64,000 bases of DNA, taken from assembly GCF_006345805.1 (NCBI RefSeq), contig NC_043009.1:19530001-19594000 (forward strand), given 5' to 3'. The translations under genes and the position numbers were made by a program. Below, in pieces: positions 38,201-49,211 of the stretch (positions are counted from its first letter, which is position 1; each line of letters begins with the position of its first letter). The notes under the pieces are model-generated. The model saw only the letters and a program-made list of their open reading frames with translations, was not told the DNA's origin and made no database searches. The stretch is from Octopus sinensis (lineage: Eukaryota).

Positions 38201-41200
38201 ACACCACACAAGCAGGAGACTCCAGTCATGGCTGTCAGACAATTTCTACGACTACATCATCCCTAACATCTGGCCACCTAACTCTCCAGACTGCAACCCA
38301 CTTGATTATTATGTGTGGGGTGCAGTTGAGTAAGAGACCAGCAAAACTCCTTGTAATACCAAAGATGAACAGAAAGCAAGGATTATGGCAGCATTCACCA
38401 ACTTAAACAAGGAGACCATCCAGAAGTGTTACAGGAGATTCCAAAGTCGTCTGGAGGCCATAATTGAAGCTAATAGCAATTTTATTGAATAAATTTACTC
38501 TTTAGTATTTCAAGATAATTTTTATGCAATTTTGGTAAATGTATCTGTTAAAAATGAGATGTTAGTATTATTCTAATTTTTGTGTAATTTAGACAATTTA
38601 TTCACCACACCCTGTATATATGTATAATCATTTAATGTTGGTTTTCCATGCCGAGATGGGTTGGGCAGTTAGACTGGAGCTGTTAAGGCCAGGGGCTGCA
38701 CCAGACTCCACAGTCTGTCCTTGCATGGTTTATATGGCTGGATGCCCTTCCTAATGCCAACCACCCCACAGTATACTGGGTGCTTTTTACGTAGCAGCAG
38801 CACTGCTAACAATTCTACTGTGATGCCAGTGTGCGCACGTGTGTGTGTAACCTCAACACCACACAATATTTACATCCATCACAGTCATACTATGAGCGAT
38901 GTTCATTTCCAGTCTTCTGTGAAAAACATGTCTGGCCATTGAGAAATATCACCTTGAAGGGTTGGTGACAGGAGGGGCATCCACCCATAGAAAACCAATC
39001 CCAACAACTTCCATCTGAGCCAAGCAAACATAGAAAAGTGGACATTAAATGATGAAATATATACACATATATATATATTCAATACATTGCCTCAGATGTC
39101 ATACACTTTTTCAATGAGGGTTATATAGTAGACTGAGTGTTTGAGTTTATCAGTTCCGTAAGGAAAGGTCAAGTCCACCTAGGCATATATTCTTTAAACA
39201 GGTACAAAGTCATAAATTTAGTGGAAGTGACAGACTCAGATTGTTCCCCAATATATTACAGGTACTTATTTTAGTGATAGTAGAAGGATAGCAGTTAAAG
39301 TCAATTCCAGTGGGATTTAAATTAAGATTGTAAATACCACAAGGTATTTTGTCCAAGGCTCTCTTCCAGTTCTACTAATTCACCATCAAAATGGTTTCTA
39401 AAAGAGATTTAAAGGCCACACATTTTTATTTTTCAAGTTAAAAGAAAAACAAACCCTTGCAAACTCCCAAATTTGTTACTCACCTGCAATATGGATTTCT
39501 CCTTGAAGAATAGCGCATGGTTATGAAACGGTAGTAAATAAATGGCAAAAGCAATGAAGCTTTTCCTCTGAAATGAAAATAAATTGGAAAAAAAAATCAT
39601 CAAAAGTTGATATTTGGTAAACCTATGAGAGATTTATTATTAACTCTTAACATGGGATGTCATGGAAACGAAGAAGTCAAGACATAAGCTGTTACGTTGT
39701 ATGCAATCTAGTCAAGTCCCCTGTATGTAATCTAGTAAAGTACCCTGGCAATGTAATATATTAGCACCATGGTTTGGGGGCCTCTGAATAGAGGTAGAAC
39801 CTCTAGTGTCTGGCAGCTGCACCTTGCCATGGATGGTCAGGTGGACAGGCATTACTGGTCCTCATTCAACTCCTAATCTCTCACTTGATAGCTCCTAGCA
39901 CCGTACCCCACTTGTGCTGGTGGGGATCAGCCAAATGAGGGGATGGTGTTAACACTGTGCTAGTAGGTGAAAAATCCTGGGTAAGGCTTCCAAAGGCGTC
40001 AACCAGCTGAGGCTTATGGTTGTGGCCAACAACTTGGAGAGAAATTGGTGCCAATAATCTGAACTGCTCATAATACATTCTGGATGATGATAATCAAATC
40101 AGAATCGGATGTCAGCCAGGGTCACTGACTCTACAGAGGTAACTGAAGACTTTAAAAGGGGCAAAATCTAGTTACATCGACATCAATGAATGCCCCAATG
40201 ATCACTTGGTCAAGGAATAGGAAGGAAGGAAGGATATTACCATCCTAAAAGTAATCAAGAACCCTGCCTGAAATAAAAATCAAACACTACAAATTTTAAA
40301 ATTGTCTGTTACGATGATGAGGGATCCAGCTGATGAATAGAACAACCTGCTCAGAAAATTAGCATCAAAGTGACTGATCACTGCACAGACATGTGTACCC
40401 TTAACACAGTTCTCGGGGTGATTCAGCATGACACAGAATGTAACATGGCCCTTTGAAATACAGGTACTACTCATTTTTGCCAACTGAGTGGATTGGAGCA
40501 ACATGAAATAAAGTGTCTTGCTCAAGGACACAAAGCACTGTCAGGAATTGAACTCATGCAGCTTATATTACCTTGTAACGGAGTCAAGTATGATATTGGT
40601 TTCAAATTTCGGCACAAGGCCAGCAATTTCAGGAGTGGGGAGGGGGTGAGTTGATTGCATCAACCCCAGTATTCAACTGGTACTTATTTTATTGACCTTG
40701 AAACAATGACAGGCAAAGTTGACCTCGGTGGAATTTGAACTTAGAATGTGAAGACGGATGAAATGCTGCTAAGCACTTTGCCTGACATTTCTAAGGATTC
40801 TGCCAGTTTGCTGCTTTATAGACGAACCTAATATTAACCCTGGATACGTAATAAAGTATTGTAATGTAATCAAGGGCCCAGTATTATAATAGACGTCAAG
40901 CAAAAAAACAAACTAAAGACATTTAGAAAAGGAAAAAAAAAAAAGAAAAAAAAAACAACTTGACATTTACTTTCAACAATCTCAGTGTTTAATATTTCCT
41001 GAGGATTTTTTTTTATTTTGTCAAAAGATAAAAGCAGTGACAGACAGTGGTGGTCATGACCTTCACTCCTGACTTTATCTCTCTTTACACTAGAGATAAT
41101 CCTGGTTGATGTTTTCAGTGAGATTAGGAGGAAGAGGAGATAGAGGAGGAGGTAGGGGGAGGAAGGATTGGTTTCACTGCTTTGAGTAGTCTGAGAGGAG

Positions 41201-44200
41201 ATCAAAACATGGTGAAGGAAAAGGGATCGAAAAAAGGAAGTGGGTGCAAGTTTATGAACAAATTATTTCATAATAGGTAAGAGTTTGTAATTAAACAGAC
41301 TTTTTCATAACTTCCTGGATTAGAGTTTTTTTTGTTCTTTTGAAAGATATGAAGAATCTTCAAACAATTCAATTGGAAAAATGTCCCTGACAGAAACTTC
41401 TGTTTTGTAATTTTGGTTCTGGGATAGATATGCCAAGATTTCTTAATTTGGTTAAAACCTGCTTCCTAAACAACGGTGGCACCATGAGCCAGCCAAGATG
41501 CGTTTTCATAGATACTAGGAATTCCAGAAACATCAGCAAATACAACTGTCTCGATGAAACAGAATGATGACAGCTGTTGAGAGGTAAATGCCTTGTCCAC
41601 AGAGAGAAGACAATATCACTGGTAGGATATGAACCAACAACCTCTTAGCAGGTTGTCTGGGACCTTACCACTCTGCCATTAATAAACTTGCTGTGATAAC
41701 AGGAAAAAAACCTAGAGACGTTTACGAGGGACTGGTGATAAAAAAGGGGCCAAGAGGTCAGTATCAGTAGACATATGATGTGATAGACGACAGGTCTGCT
41801 GAGTTAGGACTGAATTGGAGGGTTCAAGGGTAACAACTGCAAAAACAACACATTTCTGGTGGAGAGAGAGAGAGGGAGAGAGATATGTATAGAGAATATA
41901 TAAACAGTGGGATTAAATACGAAATAATTACAATGATTTACTTACGAAAAGATCATCAATACAATGCCAGGCATGAGAAATATTTCATTACAAGCAATAA
42001 ATCTGAGAATATTTGACTGTTGAAGTTCAAGACTTGCAATTAGATTCATCATAAACTGCAGAGAATTGCTCCCTAAGATCTGTAATGAGAACAACGACGA
42101 CGACGATTATTAACATAGGGGACAAAAGCAGAAATCTGAGGGAACAGGAGTTGTCTGTTTAATAATACTTTACTGTTACATCATTGAAAAAGAAAGAAAA
42201 AAAGCATTTAGTGGGATTTGAACTCAGAATATAAAGGCTTGTAACCAAATGATGCAAGACATTTTTACCACTGCTCTGATGCTTCTACAATAGTCAACCA
42301 TCATAATGTGACGATAAACAGCTTACTTTCAAATTGTTCTGTGCTATACAACACATTGGTTCAGTCAGGGATTTTTGATGAGAATAGCATGTGGGTCCCT
42401 AAGAGATGCTAACCACAACTATCTCACAGGACACCATAATCATTCTGAGAGAGAGAGGGAGAAATTAACCCAGAACTTGACTGGTACTTCATCAACCTCA
42501 GAGGCATAAAAGGAAAAAGTGATCATTGCTGGATTTGAACTGCGGAACACAGCTGAAACAATTGCAGTGAGGTAGTTCTCTGAAAGCTCTAACAATTCAG
42601 CAAATGGAACATTAAAATAATGATAATAATAATAATTATGATGATGATAATAATAATGATGATAATATAATGATAATAATAATAATAATGATAATAATAC
42701 TGATTGGAAGAGTTATCATGTACATTGTTTGTGTCTTGGTATAAAAGATGGGCTACAGCAAATATTCTGCTCAATACCACAGATTTGCTTGTCAGTTGTT
42801 TGACCTTAACCAGTTAAGCATGTCCTTTAGTGGCTGACGATATGTGCATCTCTGATCACGAGCAGAAGTAGTGGGGGAGCATCATAGCCATGTGTTAAGA
42901 AGGATTCTTTGGGGTTTGAATAATTCATCTCTGGAAACATGGGTATTTCGTTCAACATCCTTAAACAACCCTTATTCAGGGACCTTTTGAATGGGATGGG
43001 TTACTCGACCAGAAGAAAATTCTAACTGGGTCCCACCTGCAAGGTCATGTGCTGTTTATCTTGATATGAGATCACCATGTCGTGCACATATGGTTGTGAT
43101 GCATGTGCTTAGTGTACCCCTATCAGACAAGTAGTCATGATGGGTATACTGGGCTTCGTATATTTTACCCCAGTGTCACTTTGATGGCATGCACTGCTCT
43201 CTCACTCAATAATGATGATAATAATTTCAAATTTTTGCCACAAGGACAGCTTGGGGGAGGGGATTAAGTTGATTACATCGACCCCAGGGTGTCATTGGTT
43301 CTTATTTAATCGACCCCGAAAGAATGTAAAGCAAAGTCGCCCTCTGTGGAATTTGAACTCAAAATATAGTGGCAGACGAAATATTGCTAAGCATTTCGCC
43401 TGGCATGCTAACAATTCTGCCAGCTCACCACCTTAATAATAATAACAATAACAACAATAATAATAATCCTTTCTACTAAAGGCACAAGGCCTGAAATTGT
43501 TTCAAGGGGAGGGGCTAGTTGATTACATCAACCCCAGCGCTCAACAGGATACTTATTTTATCGACCCTGAAAGGCAAAGTCGACCTTGATGAAATCTGAA
43601 CCCAGAACATAGAAATGGATGAAATGCCGGGAAGCATTTTGTGCAGCAATAATGATTACAGGTAGAGACAAAGTGGGGAAACAGGTGAAATTAATGTCAT
43701 GTAAATTAAATGGAGCAAACTGTGAATATTATCTCCATTGAATAGAAAGAATATAAATATTTATGAAATAAGATTATTTGATATGCACGGCATTAATGGG
43801 AGAGGTGGACATGTTAATTAGGGTTCAGAGTTTTATCACAGTTGCAGTAGGATTCTAGAAAAATCAGAGCTTCATTCTGATAATGAGGATAACTCGTTAA
43901 CCCATTCAGTATTTCTTCTTTTTTACTGTTGAAGGATTATTATTCTGCTGAGGTTGACTTTACCTTTCATCTGTTCAGGGTTGATGTAACTGACATTCCC
44001 TCACCTGAAACTTGCTGGCCTTGTGCCAAAAATTGAAACTAATATCATAATTATTATTATTATTATTATTCCACAGGGAACCAATTTTAAAATGTCTTCT
44101 ACTGGTTACTTCCAATGGTTTTCAATTACCAGCTCTAACACAGTCATAGCATTTCTGACTTAAAATATTTTCGAAATAATTTAATTCTACATCTGAACTT

Positions 44201-46985
44201 GAAAGCTACAGAAATATAAAATGCAGATAAGACAATATAATGTGAAAGAAAAAGAGGGGGAGAAGGGAGGAGAGAAAGAGAAAGTGTTTAATCAAAGAGT
44301 GTACTTACAGTAAGTATGTTTTTGGTATAGTCACAGGCATGAAGCAATGAAAAGAGAAATAATGGAGCCAACACCACTAGAAAAAGGTAAAAGTGATTAA
44401 TAATTATAATAATAGTCACTGACACAGGCAGGAATATGAGAATCAAAATAAAATATATTGATACATTGGAAAGGGTTGTGTGTGTTTGAATGTGTGCATG
44501 GGATAGAGCAGAATGCATTCATCCCCAGTAATACAACTGGTACTTGTTTCTAGTTCCTTCAGGAAGATATAAAACAACAAGTCAACTTTGGTGGAACACT
44601 GAATGTTAAATATAGTAAAGCATTTTGTCTGTTGCTCCACTGATTCTGCCTGGGGGCGGAAAAAAAAAATGACGGGTTTCTGTTGCCTTACATTGAGTAT
44701 ATTCGACAAGATTCCAACTTGTTGATAGGTGAACAAACATGTCCATATTGAAGCAAGGCAGATAGAATAGCAAGAACCACAACAAACAGAAGAAAGTGTT
44801 TGGTTCAATGCTCCAACAGTTCTGTTTATTTACCAGCCTGGAGAGGTACTTTGTTTTATCAACTTGGAGGAAAGGTGAAGATGACCCCTATAGGATTTGA
44901 ACTCAGATCATAAACAACTAGAACATTTGGTCTGACACTCTAGTGGTTCCACCAGTTTGCTGTCTAAGGACTGCAGGACTTTAAAGAATAACCAAGTATT
45001 TTATGTATTTCAACCCTTTCGATACCAACCTGCCCAAGTCTATTCCTGGTTCTATGATACAAACTTCTTGTTTCAAAATAATTTCAATCAAAACCTTTCA
45101 TCCAAGTTGATTTATCTACCAAATACCAGCTGAAAAATGACCGTTATTTCACAAAACCCTTCATATGTCCAAAATTGAGTGAGAAAAAAAGCAGTGTACT
45201 TCAACAGGAATATGGTAACAAAAGAGTTAAAAGAATAACCAAGTGTATAATTTGTGAAACAGCAAATAAAATACAGGAAACTTACTTGTGATTGGGTAAG
45301 AGTTGATAAATATCAAAGAATACAGCAGATAATGGCAACTATCTTCCATGATAAGTTGTCCAAAGTATTGTCTGTTTAACTGAAAATTGGGCAACCGCTG
45401 ATAAAGTCGCAATGCACTGGTGGCTGCATTACTCAATAATGCTCTCTGGTAAAAACTATAGGAATTACCTCTGAAAACGAAATAGAAACAGATTTCAAAT
45501 AATTATCAAAAGGTTAAACCAAAGTAAATTCTAAAACAACACTTACACAGTGGCACACATGTGCACAAACTGGCACAGAGGCATATATTCTAGCCCCTAC
45601 TTCTACTCAATGTTATCTTTATGCACAAACCACACTGCTCTGTCACCTCACATTTCACCAACAACACTGGAATTATATTCACATTAAAACAATTATCGTT
45701 GATAATTCTTGACACTTCAAGTAATATTGCTTTCTTCATGGAAGAAAAAGTGGCAAGGATTCTTTACATTTCAATAATGTTATTGTCATCATCATCATCA
45801 TCGTTTAATACCTGTTTTCTATGCTGGCATGGGTTGGACGGTTCGACTGAGGTCTGGAAAACCAGTGGCTGCACCAGGCTCCAATCTGATCCGGCAATGT
45901 TTCTACAGCTGGATGCCCTTCCTAATGCCAACCACTCAGAGTGTAGTGGGTGCTTTTTATGTACCACTGGTACAGGAGCCTGTCAGGTGGCCCTAGCATT
46001 GATCACGTTTGGATAGTTATTTTTGTGCATCACTGGCATCGGCCATATTCGGATGGTGCTTTTTGCGTGCTACCAGCACAGGAGTTAGATGGATCTGGCA
46101 TTGACCACATTCTGACAGTGCTTTTTATGTTCCACTGGCATGGGAGCCAGTCAGGCAGCACCGGCAATGACCATGTTCGGGTGATGCATTTTATGGGCCT
46201 CCGGAACAGGAGCCAGTCAAGGGGCACTGGTCACAGCTATGATTTTGGTTTTACTTGACTCAACAAGTCTTGTATACAACAATACTTGTTGGCTGTGAAA
46301 CTTAAGAACATTTTCAGCTCATAATAAATAGTATAAAACTTAACAATATGTATTAAATAACTCCTTTTTTCCCTTTTTTGTACAAATCTGTGACATAAAA
46401 TATGCTCAAACAACAACAAAAGATCTAATTTAAATATATATCTTTTACTTGTTTCAGTCATTAGACTGTGGCCATACTGGAACCTTGCCATGAAGAATTT
46501 TCAGTTGAATGAATCAACCCCAGGACTTTTTTTCTAAAGCCTGGCACTTATTTTATTGATTGGTTCTGCTGAACTGCTAAGTTATGGGGATGTAAACACA
46601 CCAACACCGGTTGTCAAGTGATGGTGGTGGACACAAACAGAAAGACACACACATACATATACAACAAGCTTCTTTCAGTTTCCATCTACCAAATCCACTC
46701 ACAAGGTTTTGGTTGGGTGGGCAAGGTGCCATGCAGTGGGACTGAACCCAGAACCTGTGCCTGTATTCATAAAATTTAATTCTTTACATTATTCTTCTTA
46801 ATATTAGATAAAGCCCAACAAATAACTATTTTTCTGCATCCTGATAACTTAGACTTAATTAGGGTGAAATTAACAGAAGAACGAACTTACCCAAATATTG
46901 GTAAAACAAAGAGAATAGTAAAAGAAATGGTCATTATACGAGTAAGCCACAGGCTGGCAGCCACCTTGTTTCCCATCATGTAATT
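35100..46985 (-). CDS. TMEM33: Transmembrane protein 33 (TMEM33/Pom33/Kr-h2 family), exons 2-7; 5'-incomplete
   Basis: Splicing 46985-46891, 45470-45286, 44376-44309, 42079-41946, 39567-39484 and 35232-35100 gives 232 codons plus TAG. It contains the TMEM33 signatures FYQRALLSNAATSALRLYQRLP, EDSCHYLLYSLIF, NILRFIACNEIFLMP, PFIYYRFITMRYSSRRNPYCR and ISRLAP. Confidence 0.96.
35510..37462 (+). mobile_element. 5'-truncated RTE LINE (RT, C-terminus, 3' UTR) in the last TMEM33 intron
   Basis: Homologous to 56330-57440 (PGKSTTDAIF, DMEKAFDRVP, GVHQGSVLSP); frameshifted; same 3' end ending in (GAT)n. Confidence 0.9.
37490..38614 (+). mobile_element. DD37D (maT-family) Tc1/mariner transposon, internally deleted
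   Basis: FFSDEKNF, then QQDSAPHH...WPPNSPDCNPLDYY with 37 residues between the second and third D; right terminus ...ttcaccacaccctg followed by TA. Confidence 0.85.
39484..39567 (-). CDS. TMEM33: TMEM33 exon 6
   Basis: Acceptor ttttcatttcag, donor AG|GTGAGT; GKASLLLPFIYYRFITMRYSSRRNPYCR; 84 nt. Confidence 0.96.
40305..40560 (-). mobile_element. Third SINE-like family (fragment)
   Basis: Shares the segment (c)agctgagtggactgg...gtgtcttgctcaag(g/a)acac with 48070-48280; B-box-like GAGTTCAATTCC at the head end. Confidence 0.5.
41946..42079 (-). CDS. TMEM33: TMEM33 exon 5
   Basis: Acceptor gttctcattacag, donor TC|GTAAGT; ILGSNSLQFMMNLIASLELQQSNILRFIACNEIFLMPGIVLMIFS; 134 nt. Confidence 0.95.
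42699..43207 (+). other. Unclassified 510-bp high-complexity island between (AAT/GAT)n tracts; probable retroposon 3' fragment
   Basis: Sharp composition change bounded by trinucleotide tracts on both sides; no recognisable ORF or tRNA head. Confidence 0.35.
43226..43435 (-). mobile_element. tRNA-derived SINE family B, with a tandem partner to about 43650
   Basis: Minus-strand head (GGTGAGCTGGCAGAATTGTTAG...GAGTTCAAATTCC), central GTCGACTTTGCCTTTCATCC...AAGTACCAG-type domain, (ATT)n tail. Other copies at about 2050-2200, 15310-15480, 27258-27600, 33420-33570, 39180-39390, 40597-40820, 43900-44040, 44500-44660 and 61130-61880. Confidence 0.8.
44309..44376 (-). CDS. TMEM33: TMEM33 exon 4
   Basis: Acceptor cctttttctag, donor ACT|GTAAGT; MVLAPLFLFSLLHACDYTKNILT; 68 nt. 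Confidence 0.94.
45286..45470 (-). CDS. TMEM33: TMEM33 exon 3
   Basis: Acceptor tcgttttcag, donor A|GTAAGT; GNSYSFYQRALLSNAATSALRLYQRLPNFQLNRQYFGQLIMEDSCHYLLYSLIFINSYPIT; 185 nt. Confidence 0.95.
46891..46985 (-). CDS. TMEM33: TMEM33 exon 2
   Basis: Acceptor tttttcttttccag, donor GG|GTAAGT; NYMMGNKVAASLWLTRIMTISFTILFVLPIFG; 95 nt. Confidence 0.92.
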
Positions 46986-48685
46986 CTGGAAAAGAAAAAT
47001 TAATAGAAATATTAAAAACAACAAAAAAAAAAAGTGAATGGAAATGAATTTATTTTTTATGCCTCTGTTTTTGTTTAAAGTTTCAAAAATTTGATAATTC
47101 TTCCTGTTATCTTGAGTTGGATGGTTTTCACCAAGTCTTCATATGTTGGTCTCTGGGAAATGGCAGGAACCTGACCTTCTAGACTTCATCAGAAACATTT
47201 ACCTCTCTTAGACAGTGTTTAGAATCAAGACAACTGGAACCAATTTACAGAATGACACACTTCATTGATGATGATGATTTAATACTTTTCCAATTCTAGT
47301 CTCGCACCCAACAACCATCTATATTCCTGTTTGGTTAGAATCCAGAGAAGGAAGCCATCCCAACTCCAAGACTACTGGGAGAAATATATCCTGTTATTTA
47401 TTATTACTGTTCCATGCTTGATCACACACTGGTCTATTCTTGGACAGTTCCAGCAGCCACATGAATTTTTTTCCATTTATGAGAATACGCTAATACTAGC
47501 CTCTTGCTCAAAGTTCCTCCATTTCTGGAAAAAGGACGTTGTGTGTTCCCTTACCCCTCTCTTGTAATGCAACAAATTTTGAGAGACAGGAAGAAGAGGA
47601 AATTCTTCACTAGTTTCATACTCTTGTAGTTATAGATCTCCATAAGAATGAAAGGCAAAGATGACATCAGAAGGATTTGAACACTGAACACAGCTGGAAC
47701 AAACACGGCTCAGTGGCATTCTATTGGAGACACAGGCCACCTTTGTAGGTGGATGAAGCAGGAGGAAGAAATGTTTATCAACAGACTGGATGTGTCAGAA
47801 GGCAGATAGCGACCAAGCCTATCATTATATAAGCGATTAGTAAGACAAATGTTAACTAATTACATATAATTAATAATCACACATTGTCCTTCTAGCAGGT
47901 ATTCACTGGTTTTCAATATAGCTTTACATCTCAAAACTCAAAAATGTATAAACTGGAAACTGTACAAATCTTCATAAGTATATGTGTGTGTGTGTGTGTG
48001 GTTCCTGTCATGGCCTCTTAGGACTCATAAGGCCAAAAATTAATCCAATTTCCATGGCGTAGAAGTGACAGATTATAACACTCCCTGCCCCTGGATGGGA
48101 CACCAGTCCACTGCAGAATTAACTTCCCAGCTGCTTTTGGAACTCATTTACAGCTGAGTGGACTGGGTCAATATGAAATGGAGTGTCTTGCTCAAGAACA
48201 CAATGCACTGCCCACTTGAGGGATCAGAACCATGATCTTAGAATTGCAAGTGAAATGCTCTAATCCATTAGGCTACATACCGTCATGGTACGTGTGTGTG
48301 ATATCTATCATTATTATTTTATTGTCTATTTTACTGTGCTTGTTTAGGTTGGACATTTTCTAATGGTTGAATGCTCATCCTGTCACCAAACCTCACCTGT
48401 TTCCAAGCAAAATAATATTTCCTCAATACTCAAACACGAATGATACTGCTTGTATGACAGTGATCATGCTCTTACATATGTAGCAGGATGTCAAAGAGGC
48501 ACACACAAAAAGCTTCTTTCAGTTTCCATCTACCATATCTAAATGCCCAGGATTCTAGTAGAAGAAACTTACACATGGTGCCACACAGTGGGACTGAACC
48601 TAAAACTATATGGTTGGGAAACAAACACCTTATTCATACAGCCATGCCTGCACTTCATAATCATACCTACACCTATATATATATA

Positions 48686-49211
48686 CACAGGGGTTGGACA
48701 AAATAAGGGAAACACCTAGCATCACAATTCTGAAAAATCTATAAAACCGTCAAAAGCCTGTTTAGTTTTGTATTTTGATTTATTATTTGTGTTGCTTAAT
48801 ATGTTTTGCTAAAATTGCTGTTTCTTTTGAGATATCATCAGAAAAAGGTAATTAAAATGACAGATCTAATGGACTTCAAAGAGGTCAAATTGTTGGTGCT
48901 CGTATATGACAGCCTTTGAGAAAGTGGGAAAAACCACCTCGTCGAAACAAAACTTTCAGATAGGGATCGTCAGACTCTTACGCAAATTGTTAGAAAAGAT
49001 CACAAAAATACAGTTCCCAAAATTACTACAGAGCTTAATGACTACCTTGAGAAGCCAGTTTTCACAAAAACTGTTTGCCAGGAACTGCACAAAGCTAGAT
49101 TTCACGGGTGGGCTGCAATCAGAATACCACCACTTTCAAAAACAAACGTTGCAAAGCTTTTAGAGTGGAGTAAAAACCTACAGAATTGGTCCCTAGAGCA
49201 GTGGAAGTATG
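48686..49211 (+). mobile_element. Tc1-like DNA transposon, 5' part (interrupted by the CR1 LINE)
   Basis: Terminus CAGGGGTTGGACAAAAT after a TA-rich flank; degraded transposase MTDLMDFKRGQIVGAR...LQNWSLEQWKY. Confidence 0.82.

Noticed and set aside
37726-38406. 226-aa ORF as a functional transposase or domesticated gene
   Set aside because: It drifts out of the transposase frame after an internal rearrangement; the catalytic D37D segment is in another frame and the N-terminus is deleted.
48275-48290. ATG-ACG|GTATGT micro-exon as TMEM33 exon 1
   Set aside because: Sits at the edge of a SINE remnant, has no promoter-like context, and would give an N-terminus far shorter than expected.
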